This document shows positions 62,201-64,000 of a stretch of 64,000 nucleotides of DNA, one piece after another. Source of the stretch: Eledone cirrhosa (taxonomy: Eukaryota); NCBI GenBank assembly GCA_964016885.1, contig OZ024744.1:49476001-49540000 (forward strand), given 5' to 3'. The notes below the pieces were generated by a model, which saw only the letters and a program-made list of their open reading frames with translations, did no database searches and was not told the DNA's origin. Both the position numbers and the translations under genes were made by a program. Position 1 is the stretch's first letter; the number at the start of each line of letters is the position of its first letter.

Positions 62201-63699
62201 GAGTATATATACATACATATATGTAAGAAGTTAAAGGCCGAAACTCACTTGAGATTTTCTCTGAAGAACTGCTGCCCAGCTCGCCTGAGAGTTTCTTACT
62301 ACTATATGTATATATACATATATATATAAACACAAGTCTTACCTTTAATATATAATCCCCAGGTAACAATAGACACCAATATTTACCATATCTTGAAGAA
62401 TGGAACGTTATATAAGCTAAGTTTAGCTTGGGCTACAGGCCGAACTCTTTCATCCAATATTGACCCTTTGACACCTGTCAAAATATAAAAAAAATATATA
62501 TGTATGTATGTATATGTGTGAATGTATATACTTATATATATATATATATGCCATCATCATCATTATTGTTGTTTAACATCTATTTTTCATGGGTTAGATG
62601 GGTTGTCACATGATGTAAAGTGGTTGCTAAGAGAAAAGGTATCCAGCTATTAAAAGCTTACCAAACAAAGAGTTGGGCGAACCCTTCAGTTGTGTCAAAG
62701 ATATGACATTTCCTGTGCACTCAATAGTACAAGATAATAAACCCCTTGGCCTGTCTGGGCGGTAAGTAGCTCAGTTGCAGTACTGACTTGATCTATGTAG
62801 AGCTGTCCAACCCTTGCTGATATGAGGCTGTTTATTCTAAAACATATGTTACCGGTGCTTTGACAAAGCAACACCAATGATCAGCCCAGGACATGCTAAT
62901 GAAGTGAAACAGCAGGAGTAATTTTAATTTATTCTTCATGTTATTTATGTTCAAAGATAGCTGTCTGATGATATCATAACTGTTGCAAAACAATTATTGA
63001 AATATATATAACAGATATTGTATAATGAATAAATGAAGTAAATTCAAAGGTGTTGACTTGTACATCATTATTAATATTATATGTGTATATTTTTTGTGGG
63101 GGAGGTGGGCAGTAGACTGAGAGACCCCTAGTCTTCATTAAGATCTAAGAGAAGGTCGTGCTGATGTAGACCAATTCCATTTTTTAGGTAAATGCATTTG
63201 ATGTTTAGAGAGTGGGATGGGCTCGGTGCAAAGCCTTTCCTCATTTAAAAAAGCTTCAAGCACAGACATTCCTTGATATCTGACATCTTCTTAAGCATCA
63301 AGTGATAACATTACTCAAAATCAATTGGCTGCCATTATATATATATATATATGTAAATAATAATAAAGCTGAAGACCCCGTTAAGGGTGAAAGATTCTTT
63401 GCTTAAACTTTAATCTGTTATTTTAATAAATATATATATATAAACTCTGCTATCCAAAATCCCAGATGAACCCACAGCATGGAATGAAAGTAACCTAAGG
63501 CGAACAGCAACAAACTCCCTCGTAAATCAATGGCCAGCCAACATTGGCTGGGTATAAAAACTGAAGCAACAAAAGCAATTCCACAGCATGGTCTCAGCTG
63601 CATGACTGGAACAGGCAAAAGAATTAACGAGTAATATATATACAAAAATTCCCGACATGGAAGCACAATCTGGAATTAAAATGTCTTAAAGCCAACTTA

Positions 63700-63982
63700 G
63701 CAAAGACTTAAGTCCAAGTAAGCAGAAAGGAAAACAAGACATTGACCCCCTTATGGAAATGTCCCTGCTTAGTGTGTAGAAATTCCATCCTGTTCCAAAG
63801 GCAAACTATGGGTACACAACAAATGTAGTGGGATCTCAAGTAAGTTAGGTAAGAATGTAGGTTTTACATGTAGTCATTACACAAGTGCAGTAAGCATCAA
63901 TTGAACCCAAGAAACAAGCAATATCAAATTTTTGAAAGATTCTGTGGAAGCAGTTGACAGCTTCTGATACCTGGGTGTTCCA
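63700..63982 (+). mobile_element. Decayed RTE fragment (PHD region)
   Basis: WVHNKCSG..FTCS..SVEAVDSF*YLG. Confidence 0.7.
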
Positions 63983-64000
63983 AACGTACAATAACCAGAG

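Noticed and set aside
62701-62767. Exon candidate ending at GTAAGT
   Set aside because: Poor acceptor, upstream sequence is an RTE tail relic, and the peptide is unrecognisable.

Overview
AT-rich animal genomic DNA made almost entirely of transposon relics and (TA)n/(CA)n/(CAT)n microsatellites. The tRNA-derived SINEs and extreme TA content suggest an octopus or related cephalopod, which is an inference only. I found no supportable host gene. The window holds at least three related RTE LINE subfamilies with (GAT)n tails, some nearly identical and therefore young, plus R4/Dong, CR1-group and Rex3/Expander-like LINEs, two tRNA-SINE families, mariner, hAT, piggyBac-type MITEs, a non-autonomous Helitron and many Penelope-like (PLE) fragments. 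Four signals stand out. (1) About ten minimal hammerhead ribozyme motifs from several unrelated families occur, mostly in inverted repeats anchored on (TA)n, and in one family two copies begin exactly at the predicted cleavage site. (2) A Cys4-His-Cys3 PHD finger is inserted inside the RT region of the RTE ORF. (3) RTE insertions at (TA)n edges have ~55-bp target duplications, one with a new (TA)n at the 5' junction. (4) One SINE has swapped its LINE-derived 3' tail. Everything was read by eye, so boundaries of decayed elements are approximate.
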